Part shown: positions 18,048 to 26,333 of the stretch, one piece after another
Layout of the letters: every line of letters begins with the position of its first letter
Numbering within the stretch: position 1 is the first letter of the stretch
Source of the DNA: Microcystis aeruginosa NIES-2549
GTDB lineage: Bacteria > Cyanobacteriota > Cyanobacteriia > Cyanobacteriales > Microcystaceae
Assembly (NCBI RefSeq): GCF_000981785.2
Contig: NZ_CP011304.1
Coordinates: forward strand, 1,560,001 to 1,592,000
DNA: 32,000 bases
Direction of reading: 5' to 3'
Translations under genes and position numbers: made by a program
The notes under the pieces: generated by a model
The model's database searches: none
Told to the model about the DNA's origin: nothing
The model's input: only the letters and a program-made list of their open reading frames with translations

Positions 18048-19256
18048 TTAGGAAATTACTTCAACCGTCCACTCATTGCCAATACCTGTACTCCAAGTGG
18101 TAACACCTTGCTCAGAATCAGGACGATGTAAATAATCGCCTTTCCATGACTTCAATTTGATCTTGTCACCAGCGATCTTCTCCACCGTCCACTCATTGCC
18201 AATACCTGTACTCCAAGTGGTAACACCTTGCTCAGAATCAGGACGATGTAAATAATCTCCCTTCCAAGACTTGAGTTTCAATTTCTTTCCTGTGGATAGA
18301 ATATCCTGCTTGTAAGTTCCGCTAATACTATCAATTCGCAGACCAGTGGGCCCACCGATACTATGCAGTTTAAACTCCAGGGTGTTAGTTCCGACGACAA
18401 ATCCCGTCGAAATTGAAAAACGACTAATCTTTGTCCACCAAGAGCTTAAAGCAACAGGTTTACCCACCGATACCCCGTTAAGCACAATATCAGTAATGTT
18501 GTCATCCACGGAAAGTTCACCGACAATGGAAGCTTCAGAAAAATTGGGTAAAGTAAAGGTGGTTGTATAGCTATAGTTGCCAACCGGACCGTTAGCCGAA
18601 GGTTTTTTAGGGCCAATCCATCGGGCGGTATTGGTATTCGTAACCCAGTTAATTGGTGCTAAATCCTTGTTGGGAGTGGTAACACCTGGAGTTACTGTCC
18701 CCGCCGGATAGGTTGTTAACTTATAGTGGGGGTCGGGAATGCTATCCCCTAAAACCTGACGGGCATCGTCAACCCCCGTATTGTAGAGGTTAGCGATCAC
18801 TCCTGGCGCAGTGGGGACAATTTCCGTTGCTTTAGCAGTAGCAGAATAAGCAATCGTCAACTTGCCAGTGTTATCTGCGTACCATTTAGGATCATCGTTA
18901 TTGACGAAAGAAACTGTGTCTCCCGGTTGTAATTCAAAGCTTTGTTGTTTGCCGCTCACCGTAGATTTTGTGTTGCCCTTGGCATCTTTAATTTCGCCAA
19001 CTAAGGCCCCTGGATTCAAATTGGGATACTTAAGCCCAAATTTTTCATCGTTTTTGTCTCGGACATGACCATTGCCATCCACTGGGGTTTTGTATTTGGC
19101 TAGGCTAGGATCAGATGTTTCAAAGTTAATTAAAGTCCATTGACCTGTTGCCGTCAGGGAGATTGTCACCGTGCTACCGGAATTATTAGCCAGAGCTGGG
19201 GGATTATTAAGCTGGGTAGCCAGTTCTAATTGAGCCAGTCTGAGATGTTGAGACAA
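18048..19256 (-). CDS. multidomain lectin-like protein (PA-IL/LecA-like N-domain, carbohydrate-binding-like middle domain, two 40-aa Trp/Gly-rich C-terminal repeats)
   Basis: In the N-domain, GALVGEI...VSFVNNDDPKWYADNTGKLTI resembles the LecA pattern ...LIYNDVPGTYGNNSGSFSV. The middle region (NLYNTGVDD..DPHYKL...WIGP...GNYSYTTTFTLP...VDDNITDIVLNGV...GTNTLEFKLHS.GGPTGL) resembles domains seen in PEP-CTERM-type secreted proteins. The C-terminus carries KSWKGDYLHRPDSEQGVTTWSTGIGNEWTVE twice. The start is a TTG and no signal peptide is evident. Confidence 0.7.
   Translation of the reverse strand: MSQHLRLAQLELATQLNNPPALANNSGSTVTISLTATGQWTLINFETSDPSLAKYKTPVDGNGHVRDKNDEKFGLKYPNLNPGALVGEIKDAKGNTKSTVSGKQQSFELQPGDTVSFVNNDDPKWYADNTGKLTIAYSATAKATEIVPTAPGVIANLYNTGVDDARQVLGDSIPDPHYKLTTYPAGTVTPGVTTPNKDLAPINWVTNTNTARWIGPKKPSANGPVGNYSYTTTFTLPNFSEASIVGELSVDDNITDIVLNGVSVGKPVALSSWWTKISRFSISTGFVVGTNTLEFKLHSIGGPTGLRIDSISGTYKQDILSTGKKLKLKSWKGDYLHRPDSEQGVTTWSTGIGNEWTVEKIAGDKIKLKSWKGDYLHRPDSEQGVTTWSTGIGNEWTVEVIS
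18055..18294 (-). repeat. Tandem 120-nt duplication inside the lectin-like gene
   Basis: Positions 18064-18137 and 18184-18257 are identical over 74 nt. The flanks are similar but diverged. Confidence 0.9.
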
Positions 19257-19401
19257 GGGAAGCTAAAACCATAAAAACAGAGAACTCGTTTACATTTGAC
19301 GGATAAAGCCAAGGCAGTTATTCCACGCTTCAGCTTGACTGATCCTAAATTATATTGATATAGTAGTCAAGTGTACATGGCCACAGTATATACGAAACTT
19401 A

Positions 19402-22400
19402 ATGATTAAACAGCCCATAGCAATTGTTGGTATGGGATGTCGTTTTCCCGGAGCCAATAATCCTAGTGAATTTTGGGAGATACTCCAAAATGGCGTACAT
19501 ACGATAACTAAAGACCCTATAGATCGCCCTACGCAGATGACAGGTTGGGCGGGATTTCTCGAGGGCATAGATAAATTTGATGCGGCGTTTTTTGGCATTT
19601 CTTCGGAAGAAGCGATCAAGATGGATCCTCAACACAGACTTTTGTTAGAAACCTCTTGGGAAGCCTTAGAAGACGCTGGGCTAGTTCCCGCTAATTTAGC
19701 AGGGACCGATACTGGCGTTTTTATTGGGCTTTCTGGTAGTGAATATCTGAATTTATTAATTGAAGATTCAACCTTTAATACCGCCATTGGAACTCTCGAC
19801 TGTATGTTAGCCAATAGGATTTCTTCCTATTTTGATTTTCACGGTTTAAGTCTAACAATAAATACCGCTTGTTCTTCTGTATTAGTGGCAATAGATCGTG
19901 CCTGTCAAAGCTTATGGAATGAAGACATTTGTTTGGCTTTAGTAGGTGGTACACATCTAACTTTTTCTCCCGTGATTGCCTCTAGATATGTCAATGCGGG
20001 TTTGATTTCTGCCGATGGTTTGTGTAAAACTTTTGATGCTAAAGCGGATGGTTATGTTCGGGGCGAGTGCATCGGAGTCGTTGTCTTAAAACTTCTATCC
20101 CAAGCTCAAGCGGATGGCGATCGCATTTATGCTGTGATTCGGGGGAGTGGCGTTAATCACAATGGTAGTGGTAATGGCTTGACCGCACCCAATATGCAAG
20201 CCCAGATTGCTCTCTTGCAAAAAGTTTATCAACGGGCAGAAATTAATCCCAATTCCATTAATTATATTGAAGCTAACGGTACGGCAACGCCCATTGGAGA
20301 TGCCTTAGAAATGAAGGCATTAGGAACAGTAGTTGGCAAAGATCGAACTGCTGATAATCCCTGTCGGGTGGGCAGTGTAAAAACCAATATTGGTCATACA
20401 GAAGGTGCTTCTGGTATTGCGGGGTTGATTAAAGTTGCTCTTTCCCTCTATCACCGTCAAATACCCCCCACTTTACATTGTCAAGAGCCTAATCCTGCCA
20501 TTCCTTTTGCCAAACTAGGACTAAAAGTACAACAAACTTTGGAAACTTTACCCGAAGAAACAGGGCCAATTCGAGCAGGGGTTAGTTCTTTTAGTCTGGG
20601 GGGAACGAATGCTCATCTGATATTGGAATCAGTCCCGTCTCAAGCAAAAGCTGAACCTAATCTTTCTCCTTTACAAGTTTTTACTCTAACCGCCAAGACT
20701 TCTACTGCTTTACAAGCTTTGGTGCAACGTTATCAATCTTTCCTAGAAGATAACCCTGAAGTCGCTTTGTCCGATATTTGTTTTATGGCTAATACTAGGC
20801 GATCTCAATTCTCCCACCGTCTAGCTATGATCACTGAATCAAAAGAACAATTGCAAGAGCAACTAAATATGATTGTTCGCCAAGAAGCATTATCAAGTGT
20901 ATTCAGTGGACAAGTTATAAGGCAAAAATCCGCACCAATTTGTTTTATTTTTTCTGGAAAAAGCCAGAAACTTAAACTAATTATTAAATCCCTTGCTCAA
21001 AGTCATCCAGCCATCTATTCATTGCTAGAAGAATTGCAACCACTTATTTCTTCTTATTCGACAAGATCATTTTTTCAATTAATAGAAGAAGAAAATTTAG
21101 AAAACCCTTTTCTTAGCCAAGTAGTCAACTTTATCTGTGAATATGCGATGACTCAATTATGGCAATACTGGGGAATAAAACCAGCAATCTGTATAGGTTA
21201 TGGTCTGGGAAATTATGCTGCTTTAGTATTGGCGGGAATTTTAACTGTAGAAGAGGCAATTTCTTTAATCATAGAAGATAAAAACTCTGAATCACCTCCC
21301 AAGTTTCAAGCCGCAAAAATTCCCGTAATTTTACCGATCAGTGGTAAGACAATTAAAATTCATGAAACTATTGACTATAAGCAGTGGCAAAAAGAATTTA
21401 ATGTCAATAACATGAACGCAGAAAATTTACCTAGCCTATTATCAGACTCTAATGTAATTTTGCTAGATCTATGTTCTCTGGAGATCAAAAGTCATGATTA
21501 TCTCAAACAGCTTGATGATTATAACATAAAAAGTTCTGAACAAATAAAAAGTTTTGATTATTTATATTATTTATTTTCCACTTTAATCAAATTCTGGTTA
21601 ATGGGGGTGAAAATTGATTGGTCTAAAGTTTCAAACTATCAACAATGTTATCCTATTTCAGTCCCTACCTATCCCTTTGAGGGTCAATCATACTGGATTG
21701 ATGTATCACCTAAAATACCGAATCAACAAAGCATCCATAATCAAGAGAACTATTTGAAGGGACAACAAAGCAATAATCAAGAGAACTATTTGAATGTAGA
21801 ATTTATCGCTCCTCGTGATAATTTAGAAATGCAATTGACCGAGATTTGGCGAGAAGTTTTAGGAATCCAGACTATCGGAGTCAAAGACAATTTCTTCAAT
21901 TTAGGGGGACAATCTCTGGTGGCGGTCAAGCTATTTGCTCAAATCGAAAAAGTCTTCAAGGTCAATCTACCATTAGTCACCCTTTTCCAAGCTCCAACGG
22001 TTGAGCAAATAGCTAGGATTCTCCGGGAGAAAGCGGTTGAAACTGACCCCCAGACTCACAGCCTTAGACTTGAAAGCCAACTAAATCCTCAGTCTTCTCT
22101 AGTAGCTATGCAGTCGAGTGGCGCGAAAAGACCATTTTTTCTCGTCCCCGGTGGCGGCGGCGGCGAAAATGAATTAATCATCTATGCCAAATTAGTCTAT
22201 CTTTTTGGTCAAGAACGGCCTGTTTATGGATTCCAAGCAAGGGGTTGGGACGGAATCGAAAATCCTCACAATACTGTAGAGGCTATGGCAACCGACTACA
22301 TCAAAGAAATCCGTACCGTCCAACCCGAAGGACCTTATCTTCTCGGAGGTGAATGTATAGGCGGACTTGTCGCGTTGGAAATGGCACAACAGCTAGTCGC

Positions 22401-22875
22401 ACAAGGACAGAAAGTGGGATTATTAGTTTTTCTCGATACACCTGTTCTAACTCTGCCGAGAAAACTCCGCTATCAGGTGGAGAAATTTTTCCAAATTCCA
22501 AGAATTCGCTATCATCTCAGAGAACTCCAATTCTCAGCCAAAGGAGAGAGTCTCACCTATATTTTTAACCAAGCATCAAAGGTGAAGGAAAAGCTGGCAG
22601 AAGACAGCTTCAGTCGCCACCGAAAAAAAGTTGCCAAAAACTACATAAAAATGATTATGCACTACAGACCACAAACCTATTCTGGTGGAATTACCTGGTT
22701 AGTCACTGAAAGTTTTTATCCCAAGGCTCAAAATCAGGGGTGGAACCATCTAGCCAGAGGAGGACTAGAAATTCACCGGATTCCAGGAACTCACGACTCT
22801 TATCTCGGTGACAATGTCGAGACTACGGCTGAAAGGCTTAAAGCTTGCCTTGACGAAGCGCAGGCAGATGATTGA
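19402..22875 (+). CDS. type I PKS-like synthase: KS (Cys-Asn-His) - degenerate AT-sized region - PCP-type carrier - thioesterase (Cys nucleophile)
   Basis: KS motifs are GMGCRFPGA, TACSS (Cys codon 19870-19872), EANGTAT (Asn 20275-20277 where His is expected) and NIGHTEGASG. The AT-like region has FIFSGKSQK and GYGLGNYAA in place of GQGSQ and GHSxGE. A post-AT linker VPTYPFEGQSYWI is present. The carrier motif is FFNLGGQSL (Ser 21913-21915). The TE has FFLVPGGGGG, YGFQARG, LGGECIGG (Cys 22354-22356) and GTHDSY. Confidence 0.9.
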   Translation: MIKQPIAIVGMGCRFPGANNPSEFWEILQNGVHTITKDPIDRPTQMTGWAGFLEGIDKFDAAFFGISSEEAIKMDPQHRLLLETSWEALEDAGLVPANLAGTDTGVFIGLSGSEYLNLLIEDSTFNTAIGTLDCMLANRISSYFDFHGLSLTINTACSSVLVAIDRACQSLWNEDICLALVGGTHLTFSPVIASRYVNAGLISADGLCKTFDAKADGYVRGECIGVVVLKLLSQAQADGDRIYAVIRGSGVNHNGSGNGLTAPNMQAQIALLQKVYQRAEINPNSINYIEANGTATPIGDALEMKALGTVVGKDRTADNPCRVGSVKTNIGHTEGASGIAGLIKVALSLYHRQIPPTLHCQEPNPAIPFAKLGLKVQQTLETLPEETGPIRAGVSSFSLGGTNAHLILESVPSQAKAEPNLSPLQVFTLTAKTSTALQALVQRYQSFLEDNPEVALSDICFMANTRRSQFSHRLAMITESKEQLQEQLNMIVRQEALSSVFSGQVIRQKSAPICFIFSGKSQKLKLIIKSLAQSHPAIYSLLEELQPLISSYSTRSFFQLIEEENLENPFLSQVVNFICEYAMTQLWQYWGIKPAICIGYGLGNYAALVLAGILTVEEAISLIIEDKNSESPPKFQAAKIPVILPISGKTIKIHETIDYKQWQKEFNVNNMNAENLPSLLSDSNVILLDLCSLEIKSHDYLKQLDDYNIKSSEQIKSFDYLYYLFSTLIKFWLMGVKIDWSKVSNYQQCYPISVPTYPFEGQSYWIDVSPKIPNQQSIHNQENYLKGQQSNNQENYLNVEFIAPRDNLEMQLTEIWREVLGIQTIGVKDNFFNLGGQSLVAVKLFAQIEKVFKVNLPLVTLFQAPTVEQIARILREKAVETDPQTHSLRLESQLNPQSSLVAMQSSGAKRPFFLVPGGGGGENELIIYAKLVYLFGQERPVYGFQARGWDGIENPHNTVEAMATDYIKEIRTVQPEGPYLLGGECIGGLVALEMAQQLVAQGQKVGLLVFLDTPVLTLPRKLRYQVEKFFQIPRIRYHLRELQFSAKGESLTYIFNQASKVKEKLAEDSFSRHRKKVAKNYIKMIMHYRPQTYSGGITWLVTESFYPKAQNQGWNHLARGGLEIHRIPGTHDSYLGDNVETTAERLKACLDEAQADD

Positions 22876-22951
22876 AACCCGAATCAAGATATACTCTACC
22901 ACGGCTGGCTTGTCTGAATTCGCCGCCAATATTTTTAATTTTGAATGACTT

Positions 22952-23860
22952 ATGAAGGCTCCAGTGGCTTTTTTTATCTTTAACCGACCTCAACTGACAG
23001 CAAAGGTATTTGAAGGGATTCGTCAGGCCAAACCCAACAAACTGTTTATCATTGCCGACGGTCCGCGCTCCGCTCGACCAGACGACCGCGACAAGTGCGC
23101 TGCCACCCGTGCCGTTGTCAAACAAATCGATTGGGACTGTGAAGTATTCAGGAACTATTCAGAGGTTAATCTAGGCTGCGGACGCAGGGTATCTACAGGT
23201 ATTAGCTGGGTTTTTGAGCAAGTCGAGGAAGCCATCATCCTAGAGGACGACTGCCTCCCCCACCCAACTTTTTTTCCATTTTGCGAACAACTATTGGAGA
23301 AATATAGAAATGAGCCAAAAATAATGAGTATCAGCGGAACTAACTGGTTAGGACAATGGAAATCAGAGCAGCAGAGTTATCATTTTAACTTTTGTGGGGG
23401 CATTTGGGGATGGGCCACTTGGAAAAGAGCTTGGCAAGGCTATGACTATGAGATTAAATTATGGTCAAACCGAAAAATCAGGCAAGAAATTAAAGATTTT
23501 ATCGAGGATGAACAAATATTTAAATGGTACGACCAAGTTTTCTCCCAAGCCTATAGAGGAGAAATTAATACTTGGGACTATCAGTGGATGTTTCAATGCC
23601 TTTTCCACTCAGGATTAGAAGTGGTTCCCTCAGTCAACTTAATTTCTAATATTGGCTTCGGGGAAGAAGCATCCCATACTAAAAACCCCTATGATTTCAG
23701 AAGCAATCTTCCCCAGCACTCTATGTTATTTCCGCTGAAGGAAGCCAAGGAATTAGTAATAGACAGAGAATATGGCAAACAAGTAGTAAAAAAACTTTCT
23801 ATCAATAGCCATCTCCTTGTCAGATTGAAAAATAAAATCAAGAGGTGGTGGGCTGGGTAA
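22952..23860 (+). CDS. GT-A fold glycosyltransferase (GNT-I / HlpA-like family)
   Basis: It has an N-terminal Rossmann-like start (VAFFIFNRPQL), a DxD-type motif ILEDDCLPHPTFF and a length of about 300 aa. It lies 76 nt downstream of the synthase, on the same strand. Confidence 0.65.
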   Translation: MKAPVAFFIFNRPQLTAKVFEGIRQAKPNKLFIIADGPRSARPDDRDKCAATRAVVKQIDWDCEVFRNYSEVNLGCGRRVSTGISWVFEQVEEAIILEDDCLPHPTFFPFCEQLLEKYRNEPKIMSISGTNWLGQWKSEQQSYHFNFCGGIWGWATWKRAWQGYDYEIKLWSNRKIRQEIKDFIEDEQIFKWYDQVFSQAYRGEINTWDYQWMFQCLFHSGLEVVPSVNLISNIGFGEEASHTKNPYDFRSNLPQHSMLFPLKEAKELVIDREYGKQVVKKLSINSHLLVRLKNKIKRWWAG

Positions 23861-24100
23861 GCGCATCTTAACAATCCTTGACAAAATTAACTTTATGTGA
23901 GTTGCTCACCCAGAGTGCGATTCAGGAATATTTGAGTGGAATTTGCCATCTCAATTGTTAAGCAAGAATCGACCAACTGTTAAGATTTCGTAACTATTCT
24001 GATTGACTGGTATCACCTGAAATGCCCACGCGGATCACAAAATTGGCCAATTGTCAATCAGGAGGCTCCGAGGCAGGAGAGGAGACTATTTTTATTTATT

Positions 24101-24143
24101 CTCCCATCTCCCCACTTCCCTACACCCCACACCCCACTTCTCC
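24101..24143. repeat. C-rich heptamer-like tract (complement of the GGGGTGT family)
   Basis: CTCCCATCTCCCCACTTCCCTACACCCCACACCCCACTTCTCC was read directly. It is the opposite-strand version of the 4322-4447 repeat type. Confidence 0.75.
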
Positions 24144-24193
24144 AACAATTGTAAAGAAATGTTACAATTATGCTGTCATAACAGCTTACCATC

Positions 24194-24223
24194 TTGACAG
24201 GAGGGAAAGACAGTGGTTATAGT
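24194..24223 (+). promoter_or_regulatory. Candidate sigma70-type promoter of the RHH/Ycf46/DUF1257 operon
   Basis: TTGACA (24194-24199), an 18-nt spacer and TATAGT (24218-24223) lie about 35 nt upstream of the ATG at 24258. Confidence 0.45.
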
Positions 24224-24257
24224 AAGGACACATACCCGGGTAAACCAATTTAGTGAT

Positions 24258-24608
24258 ATGCAAGACAAGCAAAAAGTCACACTGTACCTTCCCCCTGGAG
24301 TCCATCGTCAACTAAAAATAAGGGCTGCGATCGATGAAGAATCGATGTCAGGGCTGGTGGAGAAAGCGATCGCTTTCTACCTAAAATACCCCGAAAAGGT
24401 AGAAGAAATCGAAGCCGCCGCCTATGGCAAAACCTATCAGGTTCATGTCTGTCCCGAGTGTGATGCCGCGTTAGTAATGAAAGAAGATCGGCTAAGGTCG
24501 ATCAAACGCCAGCCCGGAATAGTCGGCGACGAGTTCCCGCTCGAAGTTCCCGAACCCGTCGGCGCCCAAGCAACCGCAGAGGGAGAAGCAGCCTTAGTTC
24601 CCTGCTAA
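24258..24608 (+). CDS. conserved cyanobacterial protein with an RHH-like N-terminus and a CxxC element (Synechocystis slr0373-like position)
   Basis: KVTLYLPPGVHRQLKIRAAIDEESMSGLVEKAIAFYL resembles a ribbon-helix-helix fold, and a single CPEC motif follows. It lies directly upstream of the ycf46-like gene. The ATG is at 24258. Confidence 0.65.
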   Translation: MQDKQKVTLYLPPGVHRQLKIRAAIDEESMSGLVEKAIAFYLKYPEKVEEIEAAAYGKTYQVHVCPECDAALVMKEDRLRSIKRQPGIVGDEFPLEVPEPVGAQATAEGEAALVPC

Positions 24609-24687
24609 ACTCTCAGTAGTCGAACAAGGCATCTACAGCCATCAGCCGCCCAAGGTCAAAACCGTTACCACAAATAGGGTCGATGTT

Positions 24688-26199
24688 ATGAAAGAAGAGC
24701 TAGAAATTCTCGTCAAGGCTCAGTATCCCCTGATTTACCTCGTCACCTCCGAGGAGGAAAGGGCGGAAGAAGCCATCAGCAAAATAGCCCAACTAAATAC
24801 ACAACATCGACGGGTGTTTGTCTGGACTGTCACCCACGGCATGATCGAACAGGGTCAACCGCGCCAAACCAGTCAACATAATACCGTGTCTCCAGAAGCG
24901 GCGATCGAATGGGTAGTGCGTCAACGGGAAGCGGGCATCTACATCTTCAAAGACCTGCATCCGTTCATCACTTCCGCTCCGGTCACTCGCTGGCTAAGAG
25001 ATGCGATCGCCAGCTTTAAAGGAACCGAAAAAATCATTATTTTAATGTCTCCCCTGCAAGAAGTCCCCATAGAACTAGAGAAAGACGTAGTAGTTCTAGA
25101 TTTTCCCCTGCCGGACATGGGAGAGTTAGATACGGTTCTCTCGCAACACCTAACCAGAAATCAAAATCGTCGTACCACCACAGAGGTCCGGGAAAAACTC
25201 CTGAAAGCGGCCTTGGGTTTAACCAAAGATGAAGCCGAAAAAGTTTACCGGAAAGCCTATGTAAAAGCGAGCAAATTGACGGAAGACGAGGTAGAAATCG
25301 TCCTTTCCGAGAAAAAACAACTGATTCGCCGCAACGGAATTTTAGAATACATTGAAGAGGACGAGACCATCAATGCCGTCGGCGGTCTGGAAGAATTAAA
25401 AAAATGGTTAAAACAGCGCTCAAACGCCTTTACAGAAAGAGCCAGAGGTTACGGACTCCCCCAACCGAAAGGGATGCTAATTTTAGGAGTACCCGGCTGT
25501 GGTAAGTCCTTAATCGCTAAAACCACCTCGCGTCTCTGGAGTTTACCGCTCCTGCGCTTAGATATGGGACGGGTTTACGATGGTTCCATGGTGGGACGGT
25601 CCGAGGCTAACCTGCGTAATGCCTTAAAAACTGCCGAATCCATCTCTCCGGCCATTCTTTTCATCGATGAATTAGATAAAGCTTTTGCCGGTGGCACGGG
25701 ATCCGCCGATTCCGATGGGGGAACCTCTAGCCGCATCTTCGGCTCCTTCCTGACTTGGATGCAGGAAAAAACCTCGCCCGTCTTCGTCATGGCCACAGCT
25801 AACCGGATTGAACGGCTACCCGGGGAATTTCTCCGTAAGGGGCGCTTCGATGAAATCTTCTTTGTCGATTTGCCCAATTCCGAAGAAAGACAAGATATCT
25901 TTAATATTCACCTGACTAAACGACGCTCCGACATTTCTCGCTTCGATTTGGAGCAGTTAGCCAAGGTATCCGATGGGTTTTCCGGTGCGGAAATAGAACA
26001 GGCGCTGATTGCCGCCATGTATGAGGCCTTCGCCCAGGATCGCGAATTCACGCAATTAGACATTATTGCGGCGATTAAGGCGACTCTGCCCCTATCTCGC
26101 ACCATGACCGAACAGGTAACGGCCCTGCGTGATTGGGCCAGACAACGCGCCCGACCTGCTTCGGCCTCCGTCGCTGAGTACCAGCGATTGGAGTTCTAA
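24688..26199 (+). CDS. ycf46: AAA+ ATPase Ycf46 family
   Basis: The protein is 503 aa, with the N-terminal domain YPLIYLVTSEEERAE, Walker A GVPGCGKSL, Walker B ILFIDELDK and a second region of homology ATANR...RKGRFDEIFFVDLP. This architecture is typical of cyanobacterial and plastid Ycf46. Confidence 0.85.
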   Translation: MKEELEILVKAQYPLIYLVTSEEERAEEAISKIAQLNTQHRRVFVWTVTHGMIEQGQPRQTSQHNTVSPEAAIEWVVRQREAGIYIFKDLHPFITSAPVTRWLRDAIASFKGTEKIIILMSPLQEVPIELEKDVVVLDFPLPDMGELDTVLSQHLTRNQNRRTTTEVREKLLKAALGLTKDEAEKVYRKAYVKASKLTEDEVEIVLSEKKQLIRRNGILEYIEEDETINAVGGLEELKKWLKQRSNAFTERARGYGLPQPKGMLILGVPGCGKSLIAKTTSRLWSLPLLRLDMGRVYDGSMVGRSEANLRNALKTAESISPAILFIDELDKAFAGGTGSADSDGGTSSRIFGSFLTWMQEKTSPVFVMATANRIERLPGEFLRKGRFDEIFFVDLPNSEERQDIFNIHLTKRRSDISRFDLEQLAKVSDGFSGAEIEQALIAAMYEAFAQDREFTQLDIIAAIKATLPLSRTMTEQVTALRDWARQRARPASASVAEYQRLEF

Positions 26200-26333
26200 C
26201 AGACTTTCGCCCGCTCCCAACGGGATGAAAGGCTAGTTCTCAGGGACTAGCAATGCCTCGCAAAGCCGCTTGGCGGCACTCTTTAACTCTCAATCTGTTG
26301 TTGTTGATTCTTATCTACAAAGAGGAAATTCCA

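Noticed and set aside
20950-21700. Calling the central part of the synthase a functional acyltransferase domain.
   Set aside because: Both diagnostic motifs (GQGSQ, GHSxG) are absent from the translated sequence. Only the length and the post-AT linker are conserved.
24022-24222. A 66-aa ORF upstream of the ycf46 operon.
   Set aside because: It runs through the C-rich heptamer tract and across the candidate promoter. It has no RBS and its product is low complexity.
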